Under the pieces are notes generated by a model. The model had not been told where the DNA came from, ran no database searches, and saw nothing but the letters and a program-made list of their open reading frames with translations. Shown in pieces: positions 22,601 to 32,522 of a DNA stretch of 64,000 nt. A program made the position numbers and the translations under genes. Numbering within the stretch: the first letter of the stretch is position 1; each line of letters begins with the position of its first letter. The DNA lies in assembly GCF_030144855.1 (NCBI RefSeq), contig NC_082722.1, positions 1,736,001-1,800,000 of the forward strand, given 5' to 3'. This DNA is from Hypanus sabinus (Eukaryota).

Positions 22601-25600
22601 ACGTTTTTCACTCAGAAACTGGTTGGTGCGTGGAATGCACTGCCTAAGTCAGTGGTGGAGGCAGATACACTCGTGAAGTTTAAGAGACTACTGTACAGGT
22701 ATATGGAGGAATTCAAGGTAGGGGGGTTATATGGGAGGCAGGGTTTGAGCGTCAGCACAACATTGTGGGCCGAAGGGCCTGTAATGCGCTGTACTATTCT
22801 ACGTTCTATGTTAAAGAAAAGGTAAATGTTTAGAAAAGGTTATCAGTTCAACTTCTGATAGCTTGAAGGTAATATTTTAAAAAGGGTGATCAATACAGGA
22901 CTGCTGGTCTTATATTTCAATCCACGCAGAATCTAGAATACTGTAGATGATCCTGCTGTTTAGTTAGATATCGGGAAGTATGAAGTTATGGGAGTCCCTG
23001 TGCCATGGTTGAAAAATCATAGCTGGAAACTTAACAACCTGTGATCCATAGCCAAAGGAAGGTAGACAGATGGGGTGGGTAGCTCTCTTGATAACAAACC
23101 GCAATCAAATCCATAGATAGACAGATAGAGAGTTAGAAGGATATACTGATAGATAAACAGACAGACAAATAGGTAGATAGATTAAATCGATTTATATATT
23201 TACATTCGTACATATATAGATGCTTACATTCTTTACATAGATATATAGACAGAAAGGCTGACAGTCGGACATACGAGGCTTATTAGAAAAGGAAACTAAA
23301 TAAATTCAAAACTGTTGCTAAATAATAAAATCTAAAATATGTTTGAAATACCCAACAGACCAGTCCGTGGTTCTGGACAGTAAACAAACAAACAAAAAAT
23401 CTCGAAATCAGAGATCAGAAACTTTGCAGCTAGTCCCACTTCTAGTGCCTAATGAGAAAACGAAATTTAAATGAGTTAAAATGTCAGAATTTGATATCGA
23501 ACCCTGAAAGGAGCAAAGTTCCAAGCGGAATGTGCATAAATTACTAATTACCAGCTATGCATTTGGACTCTTTATAACAGCGTAAGAAGCCACAGGCAGA
23601 TAGTCAGAAATCTGTATGATGGAAAATTCAACCAAAGATAAGCAAAATTTCAGGTTGCATTTTATGGAACAAACAGAATTGTTCTGCACATCAACAGTCC
23701 AAAATAAATCCGTAATCATTGATGTAAGTTGGATTATCAAGTGGCGAAGGCACATACTCACAGAGGTCATGAGTACACGAATAGGCGATTTTTTTACGTG
23801 ACTTCACCTGGTTAGAGACAAAAATTCTCTTCTTTTCCCCTTTTGCAGAATGTGATGTCATATTAAGAACGAAATAAATGCTCAATATTTTCGGTATAGC
23901 ATGCTTTCAATTAAGCAGCAAGAATGTTATAAATTTCTAGAACTCGGCTAATTATTGACAAGTTATCTTGAGGTAGTAATCTGTCGACAAATAAAAACTT
24001 AACACGAGTGAGCTTCACCATTAGATTCTATTTCGATGGCACTTCCAGCTGAATTAATCATTGACAAATTTGCGTGAGTGGGGGTATACCAGTATTCACA
24101 ACTGATTGAAACTTTAGAGTACTTATAATAAATTGAGATCTTATCAAAGATATTCGTTTCCTTAATATGAATTAATTAAGTGTTGTGTCGAAGCTTTACA
24201 GTGCCAAAAGACGTATCCACAAAATTGCAAATCATAGTAGTATCGGCTGAGCTTCTTAAAGGTAATACGTGGAAGGTAATGCAGAAATGTTACTGGCTTG
24301 TTCCTCAAAATAGAAATAGGATTGGTACCCACTTGATCTCCTGTACTTAGCAATAAAGTTAAAATGCCATTTCACTTTTGGGAGATTTTGAGTGATTGAG
24401 AGAAAGAACCCCCCCCCACCCCCACTCATTTCATGCAGCGTATATTTAGAAATATAGAAACATAGAAAGCCTACAGCACAATAGAAATTAGAAAAAGCTC
24501 CATGTAAGCTCCATGTCAAAAAGACTCTTAAAGGACCCTATCGTATCTGCCTCCATCATTGTTGCTGGAAGCCCATACCACGCTCTCACCACTCTCTGCG
24601 TAAAAAAACTCACCCTTGACATTTCCTCTGTACCTACTCCCCAGCACCTTAAACCTGTGTCCTCTTGTGTCAACCATTTCAGTCCTGGATTAAAGTCTCT
24701 GACTATAATTGAAACGTTTAAGATAATTAAAGGATTTGATAAGATTGAGGCAGGAAATATGTTCCAGATGTTGGGAGAGTCCAGTACCAGAGGGCATGGA
24801 TTGAGAATAAAAGGTCAGTTATTTAAAACAGAGTTGAGGAAAAACTTCTTCTCCCAGAGAGTTGTGGAGGTGTGGAATGCACTGCCTCGGAAGAAAGTGG
24901 ACGCCAATTCTCTGGATGCTTTCAAGAAGGAGCTAGATAGATATCTGATGGATAGGGGAATCAAGGGATATGGGGATAAGGCAGGGGCTGGGTATTGATA
25001 GTGAATGATCAGCCATGATCTCAGAATGGCGGTGCAGACTCGAAGGGGCCGAATGGTCTACTTCTGCACCTATTGTCTATTGTCTATCCACATGAATAAT
25101 CACGCTCATCATCTTATACACTATCAGGCACCTCTCACCCTCCGTCACCCCAAGGAGAAAAGGCCAAGTTTACTCAACCTTTTTTCATTAGACATACTCC
25201 CCAATCCAGGCAACCTCCTTGTAAATCTCCTCTGCACCCTTTCTCCGGTTTCCACATCCTTCCTGTAGTGAGGCGATTAGAATTGAGCACAGTAATCAAA
25301 GTGGGATTAGATTTGCTTAATCTTGTGAGGAATTGTAATCTTGAATGAGGCCGAAGAGATCTTCTAAGGTGAATCCTACTTTTATTTGTTCTAAAAATGT
25401 AGCTATTACTAATAAAGATGAATATATTTGCCAATCGAGAATTTTACCAAGCTGAACTCACCAAACACTGTACAGGGATTGTGTTGTAATTAAATAAAAA
25501 GTGAAAAGATGATATGAGACAACGCTATCCATTTAGTAACTCCATTTAGTAAACTAATTGTGTTGTTGACTTGAATGTGATTTACATCAGTTAAATTCTG

Positions 25601-25685
25601 AACAAAAATATGAATAGTAAATTCAATTCTTTCTTTGTCAGGAACAGGGAAAGCAACGGAACAAACGGCATCTACTGAAGGGCAG
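10146..25685 (+). CDS. Gene A: non-rearranging VJ-C1-TM immunoglobulin-superfamily receptor (multi-exon, terminal exon unresolved)
   Basis: Five exons with GT-AG boundaries and consistent phases splice into MLSFSSFLVVELLCSV-AEAQIKVSQSP...YYCGVKKQLEPMSNGTGTKLVVH-VPPSPLSI...YTCLANH...-GSESRNWNIVYRFAGCGFPFLSIIAIACVIKLRKLR-GTGKATEQTASTEGQ. Paralogous to gene B exon for exon. Confidence 0.88.
11171..11488 (+). CDS. Gene A exon 2: V-type Ig domain with J-like G strand
   Basis: Acceptor tttgatttag| (alternative in-phase acceptor at 11177) and donor G|gtaggt. Motifs IYC, VYWWK, DRGLYYC and NGTGTKLVV. Confidence 0.92.
11715..12700. mobile_element. Mixed LINE fragments (Rex1-like tail, CR1 RT piece, Penelope-type terminal repeats) in gene A intron 2
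   Basis: KAQDRKKLQKVV-type Rex1 tail, a CR1 piece at 12090-12500, and the tail motif gatgctgcctggcctgctg...ttccaccagcattttgtgtg. Confidence 0.55.
13060..13386 (+). CDS. Gene A exon 3: C1-set Ig domain
   Basis: Acceptor ttgttctgcag| and donor G|gtaaac. Motifs VCTAAEFYPENINISWYKNG and YTCLANH. Confidence 0.93.
13590..13636. repeat. (TG)n microsatellite
   Basis: Direct reading. Confidence 0.95.
13730..13837 (+). CDS. Gene A exon 4: transmembrane segment containing Arg
   Basis: Acceptor tttatcctccaag| and donor G|gtatga, 108 nt, phase 1/1. Reads SESRNWNIVYRFAGCGFPFLSIIAIACVIKLRKLR, a hydrophobic stretch plus a basic stop-transfer like the KHLRKHR of gene B. Confidence 0.82.
13883..13990. repeat. 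AT-rich minisatellite, ~18-bp unit TTAATTGAAGTAAATATA
   Basis: About six imperfect tandem copies just downstream of the TM exon donor. Confidence 0.85.
14250..17400 (+). mobile_element. Degenerate Gypsy (chromovirus-like) element in gene A intron 4
   Basis: Decayed gag, RT and integrase pieces (ILVMVDRFYKAC). Chromodomain-like LQVLVDWEG at ~16990-17020. PPT-like GGACGGGTTC followed by a TGTAACG LTR start at 17148. Confidence 0.65.
17720..18505 (+). mobile_element. L1/Tx1-type LINE ORF2 3' end with poly(A) remnant
   Basis: ORF 17884..18267 (WSCFKIQPFW...AKKVIAVTWK...FLKIWLPYL), AATAAA at 18490-18495 and an A-rich tail. Confidence 0.75.
18505..19000 (-). mobile_element. CR1 LINE RT fragment
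   Basis: Minus-strand pieces CYKALFIPYLEYYEQFGAIYLRKDV. Confidence 0.6.
19040..22812 (+). mobile_element. Near full-length CR1-type LINE (ORF1 zinc-finger/leucine-zipper/esterase, ORF2 endonuclease-RT), frameshifted
   Basis: ORF1 has a CQKC zinc finger, a heptad LEERVRNLEQQL and the SGNH esterase motif VVIHVGTNDIG. ORF2 has [36 protein letters not shown] and KFADDTK. The 3' end has a short-repeat tail (tactattctacgttctatgtt). Confidence 0.92.
24450..25300. mobile_element. Jumbled CR1 3'-end fragments in both orientations
   Basis: FFSQRVVEVWNALP-type tail and a tattgtctattgtctat terminus at ~25070-25088, with inverted pieces on both sides. Confidence 0.7.
25642..25685 (+). CDS. Gene A exon 5: 44-nt cytoplasmic exon
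   Basis: Acceptor ttctttctttgtcag| and donor CAG|gtaagt. Reads GTGKATEQTASTEGQ, with the same length, phase and terminal EGQ as gene B exon 5. Confidence 0.78.
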
Positions 25686-27012
25686 GTAAGTTATTGTCAT
25701 TCCTTCTATCATATTTCCCCTTCATAAATCCACGACTGTGAGGCCAAACATGAAATGCCACTTTTCACGAGATCCACGCACATTGTATTACTGTGTACAA
25801 GTAAATGAAAAATATATAGCAACGCGACGTAAACGTTTCTTTTCATATCGGAGAGTGCGATATGCATACTAAATATTCGCAGGACGTCGCTTTTTAAATT
25901 TCATTTGAGAATGTGTTGTGAAATTTTCTGTTGTCCATGATATTAAGCCATTCTGCCATCATACATCCAACACATTAAACAGCATCTTCGATTTAGACAA
26001 ATGCATAATGCAGCTGATGTCATTTTATTATATTCCCTGTTCAGTGTTGTATATATTACAGTGCTTGGTTTGATGTTTTAGAAGTTTTAGAATGTGCAAG
26101 AAGTTTGTTAAATTTTTCATGCACTAAAGTACATATAGTATACCAATTTCCTGTCTCAGCAGGTTCCACTGAACGGTATGGTGCAACACCGAGCAATAAA
26201 TTGGTTCATGTCAACGAAATGAAAATAGCCCCACTTTTAAGATAATTCAGTATTGTATATCCAGGTAGGGTGAATATAAAAATAAGAAAAAAGTTCAATG
26301 TTGATATCAAAGTGAATACCTGATACCTGATATCGACAAAAGTTTGAGAAAGCACTGCACCGCGTGCTTATGCCTCTTACGACTTCGTATGCCGATGAGT
26401 AAATTTACATTTGCCATATAGTAATTATTATGCTCAATACTTACAGACAAGGATATTGAACCCCAATAATAATCCAACATGCGCCGTTTAGGAATTGGCG
26501 GATTCACAGAAGCAAGGAAAGTTTTAAAAAAATGACGAACATTGGAATATTCTAAGTTGCGAATCAGACATCAAGAACATGTGAACAAGCAATGAATCAT
26601 TACTCGCTGCGAAGATGGGTGCAATTTTGCAGTGCTTTCGCTTTAACCTGTGAACTTCGACTTTCCTGCACCTTACCGTGATCACCCTGTCATCATTTTC
26701 AACAACTCGATAGAACAATATCAGCTAGGACGGGCTTTGCGCATTCCGAAGTAATCTATTCCACGAGAGTTTGTAATTAACTGCTCAAAGGCTTTTGAAT
26801 TATCAATATTATCATGTTAAGATTTGCTTTTAACATTCTTACATATCATCCATGTACTAATGGCCTTTTGTGGAATTTTAGTAATGTATAACAGAGACAT
26901 ATGCTTACTGACCACGTTCTACATGCAGATCGTAATGTCTTCCTATCTTAATATAATTTGCAAACACGAGGAAATCTGCAGATGCTGGAAATTCAAGGAA
27001 TGCGCAAAAATG

Positions 27013-28031
27013 TGTCACAGAGGTGGCATTCTGAGTGGACCCAAAAGCAAGTCACAGACACTGAACTACCTGGAACAGGACTAGGCGTGAGAAGGAAGCA
27101 AGGAAAGTGGGGAAGAAAGGACACTGGACATGACTCCGGGACTGGATGAGATAAGGACTCTAGGCCTGGGCTAGGACCTGACTAGGATAGGGAACCAGGA
27201 CATGGAACTGGGAACATGGATCCTGAGCTTGGACTCCGAGCCAGAGACTGGACAAGGACCCAGAACCTAAGTCTTCACTCGGGCTAGGACCCTAGAACTA
27301 GGCGAGGACATGACGAGATTACAGGACAAGGAGAGGCACAGGACAGGACTAGAGACTCCTGGACGGGAAAAGCGAACCCCAGCATAGGACGTTGGGGATC
27401 TCAGCACTGGGCTGTGCAAGGCACATGGACATGAAGAGAACACAGAACCTCGGTCGAGGGAGGGACAGTAGGACTGGACGGGAAACTCCTGGAAAGGACA
27501 AGGGGTACTCCAGCACTGGACAAGGGAATCTCAGCTCCGGACTGGGAAAGGTACTCCTGTGCTGGGCGAGACATGACATAACGAAAACACAGAGCCTTGG
27601 TCGAGGGAGAGACAGGAACATGGAACACCAAGCCAGGACCACTCCTTGGGTATAGGACATATGGCCAGGACTCATTACACAGAACACAGAACACAACAAG
27701 ACAGTTCCCAACGCTAGGCAGCGGCAAAACAGCCAGACCTACCTAGTGAAGGCATGGACACAGACAGACTGTTCCAAACAGGGCAAGGTTCCAGACACAG
27801 GCAAGGCAAGCCAAGGCTCCAGGCAGGAAAGTGAAGAAAAGGGGTACGAACAGGGGGTTAGGACAGGAACAATTCAGCAGCCAGAGGCTGAATTCTGAAG
27901 CTATTTATGAAGCCAGCACTAACAAGAATCACCTGCCTGAACAGAAACTGGGGAAACCCAGAAAACCTCGAATAAGGAACGTGGACCTGACCGTGAACCA
28001 GAATGCGAATTTCATCGACCAGACCATGACA
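27013..28031. mobile_element. Solo-LTR-like insertion (TG...CA) with internal tandem repeats, nested in a Penelope-type terminal repeat
   Basis: Ends are TGTCACAG...CCATGACA. The flanks AAATG / AAATA form an imperfect 5-bp TSD, and removing the insert restores the host motif aaaatgctggtggaac(a/g)cagcaggccagg. Confidence 0.6.
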
Positions 28032-28082
28032 AAATACTGGTGGAACGCAGCAGGCCAGGCAGCATCTATAGGGAGAAGCAGT

Positions 28083-28115
28083 GTCGATGTTTCGGGCCTT
28101 ACCCTTCGTCAGGAC
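28083..28115 (-). ncRNA. Minimal hammerhead ribozyme-like motif, variant copy
   Basis: Minus strand GTC-CTGACGA-AGGG-TAAGG-CCC-GAAAC-ATC-GAC. The cleavage triplet is AUC and stem III carries a mismatch. Confidence 0.45.
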
Positions 28116-28313
28116 TAACTGAAAGGGAAGGTAGTAAGAGATTTGAAAGTAGTGGGGGGAGGGGAAAATGCAAAATGATAGGAGAAGACCGGAGGGGGTG
28201 GGGTGAAGCTAAGAGCTGGAAAGGCAATTGGCAAAATGAATACAGAGTTGGTGCAAGGAACGGATCAGGCCTAGGGAGAAATAAAGGGGGAAGGGAGCAC
28301 CAGAGGGAGATGG

Positions 28314-28458
28314 NNNNNNNNNNNNNNNNNNNNNNNNNNNNNNNNNNNNNNNNNNNNNNNNNNNNNNNNNNNNNNNNNNNNNNNNNNNNNNNNNNNNNNN
28401 NNNNNNNNNNNNNNNNNNNNNNNNNNNNNNNNNNNNNNNNNNNNNNNNNNNNNNNNNN
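28314..28458. other. Assembly gap (145 N)
   Basis: Run of N. Confidence 1.
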
Positions 28459-28964
28459 TATATCAGGGATGGGGTAAGAAGGGGAGTAAGGGCATTAACG
28501 AAAGTTAGAGAAGTTAATGTTCATGTCATCAGTTTGGAGGCTACCCAGACGGTATATACGGTGTTGTTCCTCCAACTTGACGAAGTTATAGAAATTGCAC
28601 AATGGCTCATAAAGGAATACAAAAGAATAGATGAGCTTGGAACTTTTAAAGCTGAATTGGCTTTTGGGGAGCTACGCAATAGTGAGTACAAAATTGCATC
28701 AATGGGATTTGCTAGTAAAATTGGCAAACTGTAAAGTGATTTTATCAAGGCTAATGAAATAATTATAAGGAACCTTACTCATAATTAAGTCAAACGGAAC
28801 CAAACCAGCAGCAATTATGCGAATGAAGAATTACTAAACCTTTGGAATCTTGAGGTTCAAGTTCAATGTATGTTTAATTATCATTCAACCATACATGAAA
28901 ACACCCAAATCAAACAGTATTCCTCTTGGGCCAAAGTGCAAAACACATGGCCAACAGTACATAG

Positions 28965-29050
28965 AGTAAAACAGAGTAGCATATAGAGTAGTACATAGTA
29001 GTACATATAGAGTAGTACATAGAGTAGCACATAGAGTAAATAGCACATAT
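28965..29050. repeat. Imperfect short tandem repeat (AGTACATAGAGT-like)
   Basis: Direct reading. Confidence 0.8.
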
Positions 29051-29779
29051 GTTTAAGATATCAGGAAAAAAGCATGCAGTCACAAAATATATACCATAGC
29101 TTATAATAATATAGCTAATGAGTGATGAAGAATAAATGGATCTGTCCAGCTTCATCTTCATGGGAGGGCATGGAAAGGCAACATCAAACGAAAACTGTAG
29201 ATCGTCAAGAGTGAAGATCAGAAAGCAGCAGCCAGCCAACACTGGATGGCAGCACGAAGCACCCAGCACAAAAACTGTACGCAATAGGTCCATCTCCATC
29301 GGTACTAAGCAACCCGTTGATTGGACGGACCTGCAGTACGTAAGGTTATTAGTAGCTGGCAGTGACGTGACTGTAAAAAAAAGGCTTATAGGACTCTGTT
29401 GAATGGACACAGAGTGGCTGCCTCGTCTGGGAGCACTACCATCTCATCGAAATCATGGTTGTCTGGCTAAGCACAGAGAGGACACCAAGTCAGAATAAAT
29501 ATTTTATACGTTAATATTATACAAGAACAAACGTTTATTTAATTATCTTATTGTGGCACGGGTAGATATAAGACCGATTGAACATGATGATGGAGAAATT
29601 ACAATGGGTAACAAAGAATTGGCAGGGGAACTAAATAAATATTTTGCATCAGTCTTCACAATGGAAGACATTAATAACATACCTGATAGCCAAAGCTCTT
29701 TTATGGTTAAATCTGTTGCGTGTTTATTGCGTCTTAATCTGTTATTTTGCTACTTGTTTTCCCATATAATTGGATTTTG

Positions 29780-31330
29780 AATGACTCAATTTTTATATTG
29801 GTCATAAGAAATTTAGAAATTTGTGCAACTTTATTCGAATGGGAGATGCCCACATTTCAGAGAGAATTTCACATTTGGGGAGCAATTCTTGTAGTTTTAT
29901 ACATTTTGTGCTTTCTAGCTACCCAGTGACTAATCAGGAACAAGTGCCTTTGTATTCGCTGCATTGCAGAATGATGCAGGAGTGATGGATACCAATTTGT
30001 GCTGGAATATCCTGTTTTCCATTCCTGTGAATGACGTTTGAATTTGCACACTGGACCAACGGCTCAGATTGCTGAATCTGTCTGAAGTTTTCTTATTACA
30101 TCACAGAAGGGATACCACTGATATCAATCCCTTTGATATCAGTTGGGGGTCTTTGCTGGTTTCTCGGTTTCTGGTTTTCTGATTTGGTGTAGCTGGGTTA
30201 TATATTACAGACAACCTCAAACCACTAGTACATTCCATCCAACCTCAACCAAGAGTGTGTTAATAGCCTTAAGGGACTTGAGCCTTGGTGAAGTAAGTGC
30301 TACAATGGCTGTTATTTCCCGACTTACCATTTGCACAATTGAAATATCCTGACTCTTAAAACGATTTCCCCACCTGACAGGGAATGTTATTGCAGGTGGT
30401 ATGTTGACTACCGGGACAAGTTGCAAGGTTGCTGGCAAATGTGCACAGAAACAGTATCTTGGGATGGATGTGTCAATGCCAAGTGGCGTTGTGAAGCTGT
30501 GCACTTGTTGGGGGATGAAGGCAATATAATAGATATACAGTTCCTAGATTCACTCATTGGTCCCACAGGCTTGTGCAGTAGATATGTGGTGCTGTATGTA
30601 TGCCACCCCATTGTCCTGGAGGAGTACCTTGCTCATGCTAATTGGCAAAAAGTCTATTTCAAAGGAAGGATTTTATGAATGATAGCCTTTCTCAGCATGG
30701 CACGGCTAGACAGACCTGGGAACTAATTTCAATGGCTTTTGATTACTTTCTGTCAAAGGAAGGTGGCACTTATATTGTTACTGGCGAAGAATGCACCACC
30801 TACATTCCTAACGGATTGGATAATATCACTCATCCAGTTGATCGCATCTAAAGATGCAGTGTATTAGATTAAGTGGGGGACCAACACATCAGCTACTACA
30901 CTCCGGGTGGGGTATTTGGACTTCTGGGGCAAAGTGAGGCTGGTGGACTACTGTAGTATACTAGGAGGTGACTTGGGTCTACAATACTGAGTATTATACT
31001 CTTATGTTTTGTGCATAAATTAATTGGGAGTTTGTGGGATTTGTACTAGTCTGAGATTTGGATCATCACATTCTAAGCTGCTGAGGCATGTCCTGTCAGG
31101 TCGTGCCTTATTCTGATATTCACCAGTCACTTCTGTTTTGATTGGTTAGTTTAGAAAGAGCTGATGCATTTCCCATTCGATAACTGCTTGGTGTCCAGTT
31201 TCAGATATCCTGGGTATATAAAATAGCACGTGGAAGGTGCTTGTACTCTTCTTCTTTGGTAATAGGCAATGAAACAGGGATGATTGGGAAGGTATGCTCT
31301 CTGTGCACATTTATCTAAATATATTTGTTG
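29780..31330 (+). mobile_element. Endogenous retrovirus env remnant, possibly with a decayed 3' LTR
   Basis: ELISMAFDYFLSKEGGTYIVTGEECTTYIPNGLDNIT (30720-30830) resembles the env TM immunosuppressive domain plus CX6CC region (..RMALDYLLA.EGG.C...GEECC.YI). Many stops surround it. Confidence 0.6.
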
Positions 31331-31339
31331 AACATATGT

Positions 31340-32480
31340 ATGTATGTTGAATAGTCAGCTCTGTAACTCGGGGAACATGAAAATTTTGTCGTATTTTACT
31401 GTTTGTAAATAAATGATTAATATGCCTATTTGAAGGCAATGTTTTTCTTGTCTCATTTGCAGGACCCGCAAAAGTGATTCAGCATTGCAGACTCCCATAA
31501 AAGACATTACCAAATGCCTTAACAATATCCACGTAGAAAGCATTCACTGCACTGTCTTCATTCATCTCTCTTTGTCAAAAAACTCATTCAAATTGGTAAG
31601 TCATGATTCACGCAGCACAAAGCCATGCTGGCTCTCCCTAATTAGGCCATGGTTTCTACGTTTCTACTTGCTCAGATATCATAAGACCATAATACATAGA
31701 GCAGAATTAAACCATCTGGCCCATCGAGTCTGCTCTGCTATTCAGTCATGGCTGATTGCTTTTTTATCCTCCTCAACCCCAGTTGCCAGCCGTCTCCCCG
31801 GAATCTTTCATGGCAAGTCTAATTAAGAACCGATCAATCTCTGCCTTAAATACACCCCGCGACCTGACCTTCACAGCGGCATGTGGCAACACATTCCACA
31901 AACGCAGCACCCTTTGGCTAAAGGAATTTCTCCGCAGCTCTGTTTTGAAAGGGTGCTTTTCCATCCTGAGGCTGTGCTCTCTTGTCCTAGACTCTCCCAC
32001 CATGGGAAACATCCTTTCCACATCTACTCTGTTTAGGTCGTTCAACATTCAAAAGGTTTCAACGAGATTCAACCTCATCTTTCTGAATTCCAGCAAGTAC
32101 AGACACGGAGCCATCAAATGTTCCTTCGTATGATAACCCTTTTATTTCTGGAATCATCCTTGTGAACCTCCTCTGGACCCTCTCCAATGCCAACACATCT
32201 TTTCTAAGATGAGGGGCCCAAAAATGTTCACAATACTTAAGATAAAGCTTCACCAGTGCCTTATAAACTCCCAGCATCACATCCTTGTTTTTGTCAGAAT
32301 TAAATCAGGTTTATTATCACTGGCATATGTCGTGAAATTTGTTCACTTAGCAGCTGCAGTATAATGCAATACATAACATAGCAGAGAGAGGAAAAACAAA
32401 TAAAATAATAATATTAGCAATAAATAAGAAAATCAATTGCAGTATACGTATATTCAATAGATTAAAATCTCTGCTAAAAC

Positions 32481-32522
<42 letters not shown>

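Larger units (their letters stand above)
28032..28560 (-). mobile_element. Penelope-like element terminal fragment, interrupted by a gap
   Basis: Reverse complement of the 61200-61630 tail, including a hammerhead-like motif at 28083-28115. Confidence 0.75.

Noticed and set aside
23849-23880. Strong polypyrimidine acceptor (ttttccccttttgcag|) as an extra gene A exon
   Set aside because: The required phase-1 frame stops after nine codons and there is no counterpart in gene B.
24513-24998. 161-aa ORF as a host gene
   Set aside because: A chance fusion of an inverted and a direct CR1 3' fragment.
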